Assembly (NCBI GenBank): GCA_045862955.1
Contig: BTVI01000061.1
Coordinates: 1-15,273, forward strand
Direction: 5' to 3'
From: Fimbriimonadales bacterium
GTDB lineage: Bacteria; Armatimonadota; Fimbriimonadia; Fimbriimonadales; JABRVX01
DNA: 15,273 bases
The position numbers and the translations under genes are program-made. Under the pieces are notes generated by a model. The model had not been told where the DNA came from. It searched no databases and saw nothing but the letters and a program-made list of their open reading frames with translations. Of the stretch, positions 7,844 through 15,273 are shown one piece after another (the stretch's first letter is position 1; the number at the start of each line of letters is the position of its first letter).

Positions 7844-8616
7844 CCACCTACCCGGATCCCGAAGAGCGCCTCCGCGTTCCGGGTGGTCTGCTCAGCTAAC
7901 TGCTCCACCGAGTCTCCACGTGCGGACGCTACGGCGGCGGCAATCATCGGCAGATAGGCCGGCTCGTTGCGCTTCCCGCGCTGCGGCTCGGGGGGAAGGT
8001 AGGGGGAGTCGGTCTCCAGCAACAATCGGTCTGCCGGACACATGCGAGCGATCTCTCGGGTCAGGTGTGCGTTCTTGTAAGTAATTGGACCGTCGAATCC
8101 GAGATGCAGGCCCAGGGCCAGCGCGCGCTCGGCATGCTCCATGGTTCCCGAGAAGCAGTGCATCACACCGTGCACGTTTGCACCGCGAGTTTCTAGCACA
8201 CCCAGCAGCTCGTCGTACGCATTGCGGCAATGGAACACCAAAGGCAGGCCAGTCTCGTCGGCTCGATCTAGGTGCCACTCCAGTGCCGACATCTGATCGG
8301 CGAGGGATGCGTGGTCGCGGTACAGGTCGAGGCCCGTCTCTCCGATCGCTACCACGCGGGGATGGCGTATCCAGGAGGCGAACCGATGGCGGCGGTCCTC
8401 ATCGAACCCGGAGGTGCTGTTAGGGTGCATACCCACTACTGCAAACACGTCACTCTGTTCCTCGGCGAGGCGCAGCGCCAAGGGAGTATGTTCGTCGTCG
8501 ATCCCTACTACCACGAACGCAGCTACGCCGGCGCTTCTTGCGCGAAGCAGCACATCGTCGAGGTCGGGATAAGACTCGGCGGTGTTGAGATGGCAGTGGG
8601 TGTCTACCAGCACCAC
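7840..8616 (-). CDS. tatD: TatD-family metal-dependent DNase
   Basis: DTHCH, GMHP, IGETGLD, FHCR, HCFSG, LETDSPYL and GKRNEP; the stop overlaps the convergent GlcD-like stop by 4 bp. Confidence 0.93.
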   Translation of the reverse strand: MVLVDTHCHLNTAESYPDLDDVLLRARSAGVAAFVVVGIDDEHTPLALRLAEEQSDVFAVVGMHPNSTSGFDEDRRHRFASWIRHPRVVAIGETGLDLYRDHASLADQMSALEWHLDRADETGLPLVFHCRNAYDELLGVLETRGANVHGVMHCFSGTMEHAERALALGLHLGFDGPITYKNAHLTREIARMCPADRLLLETDSPYLPPEPQRGKRNEPAYLPMIAAAVASARGDSVEQLAEQTTRNAEALFGIRVGG

Positions 8617-8619
8617 ACC

Positions 8620-9123
8620 CTACTGCTCCGCATGATTCGTGTGCCCCCGCAGCAACGCCACGGCGTGAGGCAGAATGTCGAGAAGCACTTCCATGCTCTC
8701 GCTGATCGCGTTGGGTGATCCGGGCAGGTTGATAACGAGGGAGTTTCCGACGATGCCCGCTACACCTCGCGAGAGGCACGCGTATTGGTTGTTCTTCATC
8801 CCGATGGCACGCAGCATCTCCGCTATTCCGGGAACTTCACGCTCGATGACGGACTTCGTTGCCTCTGGTGTCACGTCGCGTGGACCCAATCCCGTGCCAC
8901 CGGTAGTAATCACCACATCGCAAGAGCCACACATGCTGACGATGGCCCGACTTATCAGCGTCTGCGTATCGCTAACGATCTGCTGATGCTTGACAAAGCC
9001 GCCCGACATCTCGATCCATCGAGCCAGCTCCATTCCCGAGAGATCTGCTCCTTTGCCTGCCGCTCGCGAATCGCTTACGGTCAGGATGGCAAACACGATA
9101 TCATGAATACTTACAACCGCCAA
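8620..9123 (-). CDS. moaB: Molybdopterin adenylyltransferase MogA/MoaB family
   Basis: [30 protein letters not shown] and INLPGSP. TTG start with GGAGG 9 nt upstream, inside the moaC 3' end; alternative GTG at 9096. Confidence 0.88.
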   Translation of the reverse strand: MAVVSIHDIVFAILTVSDSRAAGKGADLSGMELARWIEMSGGFVKHQQIVSDTQTLISRAIVSMCGSCDVVITTGGTGLGPRDVTPEATKSVIEREVPGIAEMLRAIGMKNNQYACLSRGVAGIVGNSLVINLPGSPNAISESMEVLLDILPHAVALLRGHTNHAEQ

Positions 9124-9569
9124 TCGGTCCGTCCTCCGGTTTTCTCAACGAGTTCGATCTCCGTGATTCGAATACCGGGACCGGCAGACTTACACATATC
9201 ATAAACAGTAAGAGCAGCAACTGCTACGGCGGTCAGCGCTTCCATTTCTACTCCGGTCTTGCCGGGCGCCGCCGCACTCGCCTCGATCACGACTCCATCA
9301 TCGGCAATCTGAATATCAACGGACAGGTGGTCGAGCGGAAGATTGTGACAGAGCGGCAATAGCTCGGCCGTTCGTTTCGCTGCCATAATGCCCGCGGTCT
9401 GCGCGACGCCCAGAACGTCGCCTTTGGGCAAGTTTCCCTCTCGCAGTGCGGTCAGAGTCTTCGGTGGCAGATACACCGACCCCCGGGCAACAGCGCGCCG
9501 CGAGGTGACCGCTTTGTCCCCCACATCCACCATGTGCGCGCCCCGCGGGCGCTTCTCCGCACCTGACAT
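9111..9569 (-). CDS. moaC: Cyclic pyranopterin monophosphate synthase MoaC
   Basis: [47 protein letters not shown] and EKTGG. Start trimmed from 9671 (inside the upstream gene) to ATG 9569; ATG 9533 is an alternative. Confidence 0.93.
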   Translation of the reverse strand: MSGAEKRPRGAHMVDVGDKAVTSRRAVARGSVYLPPKTLTALREGNLPKGDVLGVAQTAGIMAAKRTAELLPLCHNLPLDHLSVDIQIADDGVVIEASAAAPGKTGVEMEALTAVAVAALTVYDMCKSAGPGIRITEIELVEKTGGRTDWRL

Positions 9570-9619
9570 GCCCGGTGTTCTGACACAATCACCCAGTCCA
9601 GCGCAAGCGACCGGCATTG

Positions 9620-11572
9620 CTAGTCCCGGGTGACTACTATCGTCCCCGTTCCATGAACCTCGGCGCGCCAACCCTTTGGGAGATACAGTGTGGAATCGTC
9701 CTGCGCGATGACAGCAGGGCCTTCTCTCGTGCCGGACATCCTATCACGACGGATCACGGGCAGCCTCTCGCCAAGTTCGGTTCGCTTTGGGACGGGCACC
9801 GCCAAGCGGGCAGTGCCGAGGCTGGGGGGTGCTACGACGGGAAGCTCCACGCGCGCCCGCAGGGCGGTCCACTCCACTGGCGCATGCGGATCGGCCACCC
9901 CGTAGCGTCTGCGGTGCAATTCGTGGAAAGCTGCCACACAGGTCGAAGGCCTAGTAGGGTCTAGGGGCAGGGTAAGTTCCCACGACTGCCCCTCGTACCG
10001 CAGGTCCGCGGAGAGCGCGACGCGCAATCTCATTCGGCCCGATCGCTCGCTGAGGACCGGCGCGGATGCCTCCTCGACTAAGTCCTGACACAAGTCACTC
10101 AGGTCTGCGGGCCGCACCTCACCACGCATCATCACGGACCGCACCGCCTCGCGCATCACGGGAGCAAGGAGCAGGCCGAGGGCAGACAGCAGGCCGGGTT
10201 GAGGAGGGACGAGCACTCTCTCGATCCCTATGGCCTCGGCAAGCGCGCAGGCGTGTAGGCCTCCACACCCGCCGAACGCTACCAGCGAAAGGCTGTGGGG
10301 TTCATAGCCTCGCGCGACGGAGACCCTTCGGATGGCCCGAGCCATGTGAGCGTTCGCGAGGTCTATGACTGCTCGGCAAGTGTCCTCAGCGGATAGACCG
10401 AGTTGCTGCCCCAGGCGATCGGCTGCCGCTAGCGATCGGGCTGGGTCGAGAGCCATCTGGCCGCCGGCGAATGCCTCCGGCACGAGCCGGCCCAGCACGA
10501 TGTTCGCGTCGGTTACCGTGAGGTTGGTGCCTCTGCCGTAAGCTGCCGGCCCGGGATCGGCGCCTGCACTCTGAGGACCGACCCGCAGCGCTCCGGCGTC
10601 ATCCAGCCATGCCATCGATCCGCCGCCCGCGCCTACGGTGTGAATGTCCATCATCGGCACGCGAACGGGCATGCCGTCAATCTCCCCGCCAGGCCGGGCA
10701 ACCGGGCCACCGGCTAACATGGAGACGTCCGTGGAGGTACCACCCATATCGAAGCTGACGGCGTGCGAGATGCCTGCCTGTCGAGCCACCTCCCACGCCG
10801 CCACCACTCCTGCGGCAGGCCCGGACAGTAGCGTTGTCACCGGCCTCGTTGCTGCCTCGCTCACCGAGAGCGCTCCGCCACTAGAGTGCATGATCCGGAC
10901 CCGTTGCGCACCCAGTTCCTGTGCATGGGATTCGAGCCGCCGGAGATACTCCGACATGGTTGGACCGACGTATGCGTTGATCGCTGTCGTAGATGCTCGC
11001 TCGTACTCTCGGAACTCGGGGGCAACTCGATGGGACAGCGAGACGAAGCGTCGAGTTAGCGCCGAGCCGACGAGCCGCTCATGTTCGGGGTAGGCGTAGC
11101 TGTAGAAGAAGCAGACCGCGACAGCGCGCACCGAGTGCCGCGAGAGTTTGCGGCTAAGTCGGTCGAGGTCTTCTGGGGTGGGTCGTGCCAAGACCTGTCC
11201 GTCGAAGGTGATCCTCTCGGGAAGCTCGAAGCACAGCTCGCTAGGGACCACTGTGGGAGTAGGCTGGGGCTCGAGGTCGTACAGCCGCCTTCTGGTTTGC
11301 CTGCCTATGGTCAGAAGGTCACGAAAGCCTTGCGTCGTGACGAAGGCGGTTCGCGCGCCTTTGCGCTCGAGTAACGTGTTGGTTGCGACGGTAGTACCGT
11401 GCAGCAGAACGAATGGTGGGGGTTGGAGGCCCCGAATCGCCTCCAAGACCGACGCATCGGGGCTAGCGGGTGTGGACGCTACCTTTCGAGTGACTAGTTC
11501 GCCTTGGAGCAGCGCAACCACGTCGGTGAACGTGCCGCCCACGTCCACTGCAATACGGTCCGGCGGGATCAA
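9620..11572 (-). CDS. Hydantoinase/oxoprolinase family, ATP-binding A subunit (HyuA-like)
   Basis: [60 protein letters not shown] and DLRYEGQ. Start most likely TTG 11572, overlapping the smc stop (TTGA). Confidence 0.9.
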   Translation of the reverse strand: MIPPDRIAVDVGGTFTDVVALLQGELVTRKVASTPASPDASVLEAIRGLQPPPFVLLHGTTVATNTLLERKGARTAFVTTQGFRDLLTIGRQTRRRLYDLEPQPTPTVVPSELCFELPERITFDGQVLARPTPEDLDRLSRKLSRHSVRAVAVCFFYSYAYPEHERLVGSALTRRFVSLSHRVAPEFREYERASTTAINAYVGPTMSEYLRRLESHAQELGAQRVRIMHSSGGALSVSEAATRPVTTLLSGPAAGVVAAWEVARQAGISHAVSFDMGGTSTDVSMLAGGPVARPGGEIDGMPVRVPMMDIHTVGAGGGSMAWLDDAGALRVGPQSAGADPGPAAYGRGTNLTVTDANIVLGRLVPEAFAGGQMALDPARSLAAADRLGQQLGLSAEDTCRAVIDLANAHMARAIRRVSVARGYEPHSLSLVAFGGCGGLHACALAEAIGIERVLVPPQPGLLSALGLLLAPVMREAVRSVMMRGEVRPADLSDLCQDLVEEASAPVLSERSGRMRLRVALSADLRYEGQSWELTLPLDPTRPSTCVAAFHELHRRRYGVADPHAPVEWTALRARVELPVVAPPSLGTARLAVPVPKRTELGERLPVIRRDRMSGTREGPAVIAQDDSTLYLPKGWRAEVHGTGTIVVTRD

Positions 11573-14500
11573 GCCGAGGCGGACACCACGGCGCGAGCGC
11601 CGCGACCGAACGGAACGACGGTGCTGACCCCTGGCTCCTGCATGGTCACGCCGTACCAGACCTGAGCGGCTTCGATGGTGACCGGGTTGTGCGTGACAAC
11701 TAAGAACTGCATTTCCTCGGCGAGCTCGCGAAGCATCTCGCAGAAACGCTCGACGTTCCGCCCGTCGAGAGGGGCGTCCACCTCGTCCAGAATGCACAGC
11801 GGGCTAGGGCGGACCCGCAACAGCGCGAAGAGCAAGGCTATGGCCGTTAGCGCGCGTTCCCCTCCGGACAGCAGCTCCATCCTCTGGCGGCGCTTGCCAG
11901 GAAGCTGGACCTCGATGTCCACGCCACTAGACATCACCGCGTCCGGGTTCGTCAGCTTGAGCTGCCCGATTCCTCCGTCGAAGAGCCGACCGAACACCGC
12001 TTCGAACTCCCGACTGACTGCCTGGAATGTCTCGAGGAATCGGCTCTTCGTTGCCGCCTCGATTTCCTGCATGGCAGCCAGAATGCAGTCACGGGACTCC
12101 AGTAGGTCATCTCTCTGGGTAACGAGCGAGTTCCTGCGCTCCTTCAGCGAGTCCAGCGCCTCCACTGCACCGAGGTTCACGTCGCCAAGTCGTCGGAGCT
12201 CTCGGCGGAGTGCCGCAGCCTCCGCCATCGCGCCCTCGGGAAGCCGAAAGTCACGAAGCATTTCCTCCGCTTCCTCCTCGCCAATCTCGTGCTCCTCGGC
12301 CAGCGATTTCAGCACGTTGGCGCGACGGATCTCTGCCTTCGCGCGTTCCAGCTCTAGCTCGTGGTTGCGACTAAGCATCGTCTCGCGGTCCAGTCGCAAC
12401 GACTTCACCGCTTCCGTAGCCTGGAAGCTCTCTTCGAGCAGATTGGCACGGGTGGAGCGGGCAGCTTCGTACGCAATGTCTGCTTCCTGCTTCGCTGCTT
12501 CGGCCGCCGCCAGCAGAGCCTCGAGTTCGTGCCTCTCAGCTTCGGCCTGCTCCATCTGGCGCAACAGGTCCTGCTGCTTGGCTAGGCCTTCCTCGCGAGT
12601 CAGTTCCGACTGGGCTAGGCGAGCCGTGAGGCGAGCCACCTCTGCCTGCGTATCACGCACGCGCGCTGCCAGCGCCTCCCGGTCACGGTCGGACCGCCGA
12701 GCGTCGGCTTCTAGAGATGCAATCTGCGCCCGCAGATCCGATATCTCGGCCTCCAACTTCTCGGCCGCTTGCGGGTCCACAGGCTCGACCTCCTTCTGGA
12801 GCCGCTGCGATTGCTCGTGGATGAGTGCCTCCAGACGCTCTACGCGCTCGGAGAGGAAGCGCAGCTCTCCTTGCGCTTCCTGCACCTTGGCTCCCGCTTG
12901 CTCCGCGGCGTTGCGGGCCTCCGCCAATCTGCGATTGGCATCCGAGCGCGTGGAAAGGGCTAACCCAAGTCGGTGTTCGAGTTCACGGATCCGCGCATGC
13001 AGGGTCTCGACTTTGACCCTGCCCGTCTCCGCTAGCTCAGCGATCTCCCGCAGCTCAGCCTCGATCGCTACCCTGCCGAGGAAGTCACCCGCCTCGGCGA
13101 GACCCTCTCGGTAGATGACTTCACCACTCAGTGTGACGATGCGGCGCCAGCCACCCTCGAGTTCAGAGAGCACCCGAGCGGCAGCGCGGTCTCGAGCTAC
13201 CACGACCCCATGCAGCAGTCGGCGAACCACGCTCAGGCAAGGCTCCTCGGCCTCCACGAAGTCCGCTGCCAGACCCAGCGCTCCCGCAGCTAGTGCCTCG
13301 GCACGCAACGCCTCCTCACAGCCGTCCTCTCCCTTCGCAGGGTAGGCAACCGCCCCACGTCCGCGACCGAGCGCTGCGAGTGCATCCCAAAGACCCTCGG
13401 CATGATCGAAACTCCCTGCGAGAAGGGCCGCAGCAGCAGGCCCGAGCGCGGCATCCAGGGCCTTGCGGTACTCCGGCCCGACGCGGATCGCCGCTGCAAC
13501 TCTCGGCGCGTCTTCGGCCAGTCCTTCCTCGAGCAGGACCCCGCAAGCGTCGCCGGGGATAGCACCACGGAGAGCTTCGAGTGTGGCTCGCTGTGCGGCA
13601 TACTCTTTCTCCGCGATCATCACTTCGGCAAGGACCTGTTGTCGCTGCTCTGTCAGCTTCTCGACTTCGAGCGCAGCGGCTTCGGCTTCTGCCTGCACCG
13701 AGCTCAGCGTCCTAGAGGCCTGCTCGTAGGCTTCCTGGAGTTCGCAAGAGAGGGTGGACAGGCTGTTCTGGCGTCGCCGCAGTTCGCTTGCCTCGTCGCG
13801 AAGCCTGCATATCTGGAGCACGCCCTGCTTTCGCTCGGCCTCCACGCGGTTGTATTCGAGTTCGGCGCGGCGCAGAGCCGCTTGTTCTTCGACTTTTGCG
13901 GCGAGTTCGGTATTCAGCCTGGCTAGCAACTCGGCGTCGAGACTGGGAGTGTGCGCGGCCAACTCTTGTCTCGCATGTTCCAGGCGTTCCTCGGCAAGCT
14001 GCAACTCTTCTCTCAGCCTCTGAATCTCGGTTGTCGCGACGGCGTCGTGTTCCTCGTGTGAGGTCAGGAGCGCACGGAGAGATGCGAGGCGCTCGGCGGC
14101 GAGCGCAAGCTTGCTCTCTGCCCGCTCGGCCTCCGTATGAGCACCCTGCTGGATACTACGGACGCGATCCAGTTCTTTCTCCGCATCCACTAGGGCGTCG
14201 GCGATCAAACGCGCTCGCTCTTCGCCTTGCAGGATTGCGGCATCCACGCGCTCCAGTTCGCCGGAGAGGTCGCCGAGGTCCAGTTGCAGTCGCCGGGTGC
14301 TCTCCGCCAGCCGATGAAGGTCGCGGAGAAGTAGGCCTACCTCGAGTTGCCGAAGCCGGTCACGTGCCTCGCGGTATGCGATGGCATCGGCTGCCTGCCT
14401 CTCCATCGGCTTGATCTGCCGCTCGATTTCGTTCAGCAGGTCTTGAGCGCGTTGCAGGTGGTAGGATGCCTGCTCCAGGCGCTTGACCGTTTCCTCGCGC

Positions 14501-15018
14501 CGAGCGCGAAACCGCTGGACGCCTGCCGCCTCGTCGAGCAGGGCTCGGCGCTGCTCAGGCTGCGCGCTGAGGACGGCATCCACTTCACGCTGGCTGACGA
14601 TAGCGTAGCCCGTTCGGCCCAAACCGGTATCGGCGAAAAGGTCCACGATGTCCTTCTGCCTGCAGGCTTTGCCATTGATGAGGTACTCGCCTTGTCCGTC
14701 TTGAGTGACTCGGCGCGTCACGCAGACTTCGGCTGCGGGATAGGGCAGCGCGCCGTCCTCGTTGTCGAAGAGGAGCTGGACTTCGGCATATCCGAGGCCC
14801 TTGCGCCGGGCCGAACCGGCGAAAATGACATCGGCAGCGGACTCGGCTCTGAGGTTGCGGGGGTTGTGCTCGCCGAGGCCCCAGAGGATGGCATCGACGA
14901 TATTGCTCTTTCCGCACCCGTTCGGTCCGACGATAGCGAGCAGCTTCGGGTCGAACTCGAGTTCGGTGCGGTCGGCGAACGACTTGAATCCGTAGAGCTT
15001 GAGCTTGCGTAGGTACAA
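11569..15018 (-). CDS. smc: Chromosome segregation ATPase SMC
   Basis: GFKSF, Walker [10 protein letters not shown], long coiled coils around a central hinge, LGDVNLGA, signature LSGGE, Walker B/D-loop LDEVDAPLD and VVTH. Start placed at TTG 15018 because the ORF-track GTG at 15051 lies inside the promoter spacer. Confidence 0.95.
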   Translation of the reverse strand: MYLRKLKLYGFKSFADRTELEFDPKLLAIVGPNGCGKSNIVDAILWGLGEHNPRNLRAESAADVIFAGSARRKGLGYAEVQLLFDNEDGALPYPAAEVCVTRRVTQDGQGEYLINGKACRQKDIVDLFADTGLGRTGYAIVSQREVDAVLSAQPEQRRALLDEAAGVQRFRARREETVKRLEQASYHLQRAQDLLNEIERQIKPMERQAADAIAYREARDRLRQLEVGLLLRDLHRLAESTRRLQLDLGDLSGELERVDAAILQGEERARLIADALVDAEKELDRVRSIQQGAHTEAERAESKLALAAERLASLRALLTSHEEHDAVATTEIQRLREELQLAEERLEHARQELAAHTPSLDAELLARLNTELAAKVEEQAALRRAELEYNRVEAERKQGVLQICRLRDEASELRRRQNSLSTLSCELQEAYEQASRTLSSVQAEAEAAALEVEKLTEQRQQVLAEVMIAEKEYAAQRATLEALRGAIPGDACGVLLEEGLAEDAPRVAAAIRVGPEYRKALDAALGPAAAALLAGSFDHAEGLWDALAALGRGRGAVAYPAKGEDGCEEALRAEALAAGALGLAADFVEAEEPCLSVVRRLLHGVVVARDRAAARVLSELEGGWRRIVTLSGEVIYREGLAEAGDFLGRVAIEAELREIAELAETGRVKVETLHARIRELEHRLGLALSTRSDANRRLAEARNAAEQAGAKVQEAQGELRFLSERVERLEALIHEQSQRLQKEVEPVDPQAAEKLEAEISDLRAQIASLEADARRSDRDREALAARVRDTQAEVARLTARLAQSELTREEGLAKQQDLLRQMEQAEAERHELEALLAAAEAAKQEADIAYEAARSTRANLLEESFQATEAVKSLRLDRETMLSRNHELELERAKAEIRRANVLKSLAEEHEIGEEEAEEMLRDFRLPEGAMAEAAALRRELRRLGDVNLGAVEALDSLKERRNSLVTQRDDLLESRDCILAAMQEIEAATKSRFLETFQAVSREFEAVFGRLFDGGIGQLKLTNPDAVMSSGVDIEVQLPGKRRQRMELLSGGERALTAIALLFALLRVRPSPLCILDEVDAPLDGRNVERFCEMLRELAEEMQFLVVTHNPVTIEAAQVWYGVTMQEPGVSTVVPFGRGARAVVSASA

Positions 15019-15041
15019 GGGGGCCTTCCGTAGACGGTCAA

Positions 15042-15070
15042 AGCATACCACGGGTTGTGTCTTCTGTCAA
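15042..15070 (-). promoter_or_regulatory. Sigma70-type promoter of smc
   Basis: The - strand reads TTGACA (15070-15065), a 17-nt spacer ending in TGG, then TATGCT (15047-15042): perfect -35, optimal spacing, extended -10. Lies 23 nt upstream of TTG 15018. Confidence 0.8.
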
Positions 15071-15131
15071 CCGATCGTCAACATTTGGCTGGCTGGTACT
15101 GTGCCAGCCGGGCCATCGGCCCGTTAAGCGT

Positions 15132-15159
15132 TCCGGGGACCGCCGAAGCGGTCCCCGGA
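15132..15159 (-). terminator. Strong hairpin; probable terminator or 3' stabiliser of the upstream - strand gene
   Basis: Perfect 12-bp stem TCCGGGGACCGC / GCGGTCCCCGGA with a C(UUCG)G loop on the - strand, 25 nt downstream of the TAA at 15185; no clear U-tract. Confidence 0.65.
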
Positions 15160-15184
15160 GCTATTCGCCTCTAACTGTTCTGGA

Positions 15185-15273
15185 TTAGTTCCAGAGCGCG
15201 GCGTTGACCATCTCGATCAGCAAGCAGCCGATCGGCTCCTCATCGCTGTCGATCAGGTAGCCGGTGAAGAAGC
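15185..15273 (-). CDS. 3' end of an unidentified gene (partial)
   Basis: - strand reads FFTGYLIDSDEEPIGCLLIEMVNAALWN* with strongly G/C-biased third codon positions, followed by the hairpin. Confidence 0.65.
   Translation of the reverse strand, partial: FFTGYLIDSDEEPIGCLLIEMVNAALWN

Noticed and set aside
9570..9619. Moco riboswitch upstream of moaC
   Set aside because: Only 50 bp of intergenic sequence, too short for the Moco RNA motif, and no recognisable elements.
11573..11797. N-terminal extension of the hydantoinase A ORF
   Set aside because: Lies within the smc 3' end; DVGGTFTD is normally within the first residues, matching TTG 11572.
11675..13114. 479-aa + strand ORF antisense to smc (also 13402-13926, 13788-14414, 14347-15012)
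   Set aside because: Ser/Arg/Ala-rich shadow of a GC-rich coiled-coil gene; no motifs. Long antisense ORFs are expected from codon bias.
11569..15018. SMC plus TatD as a defence system (Wadjet/MksBEF, Lamassu, Qat)
   Set aside because: The SMC has canonical housekeeping head motifs and a hinge, TatD is the ordinary type, and no jetABD/mksEFG, effector or qatABC genes are present.
1..15273. CRISPR arrays, tRNA/rRNA, IS elements, prophage genes
   Set aside because: No regularly spaced repeats, cloverleafs, transposase/integrase motifs or phage proteins seen by eye; intergenic gaps are 200 bp or less.

Overview
GC-rich, gene-dense bacterial chromosomal window. The DUF1559/H-X9-DG-type gene suggests Armatimonadota or a PVC-like lineage (inference only). 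Left: the end of a + strand surface-polysaccharide cluster (partial upstream gene, GT4 glycosyltransferase, MurJ/MviN-like flippase, O-antigen ligase/Wzy_C-like protein). Middle: a UPF0173-type metallo-beta-lactamase-fold hydrolase and a membrane-anchored GGDEF diguanylate cyclase on the - strand, divergent from an H-X9-DG protein coupled to a GlcD-like FAD oxidoreductase. Right: a - strand run smc > hydantoinase/oxoprolinase A > moaC > moaB/mog > tatD behind a near-consensus sigma70 promoter, preceded by a UUCG hairpin and the 3' end of an unidentified gene. I saw no CRISPR array, tRNA, rRNA, transposase, integrase or recognisable defence system. This looks mostly like housekeeping/envelope DNA, and I found no convincing novel system. 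The best leads are modest: the Cys-rich H-X9-DG protein lacking a prepilin motif, a MurJ paralogue missing key arginines, a structured 200-bp intergenic region with a degenerate CGTC-type repeat, a candidate sigma28 promoter for the cyclase, and the unusual smc operon. Several ORF-track starts were corrected (GGDEF, glcD-like, moaC, hydantoinase A, smc).
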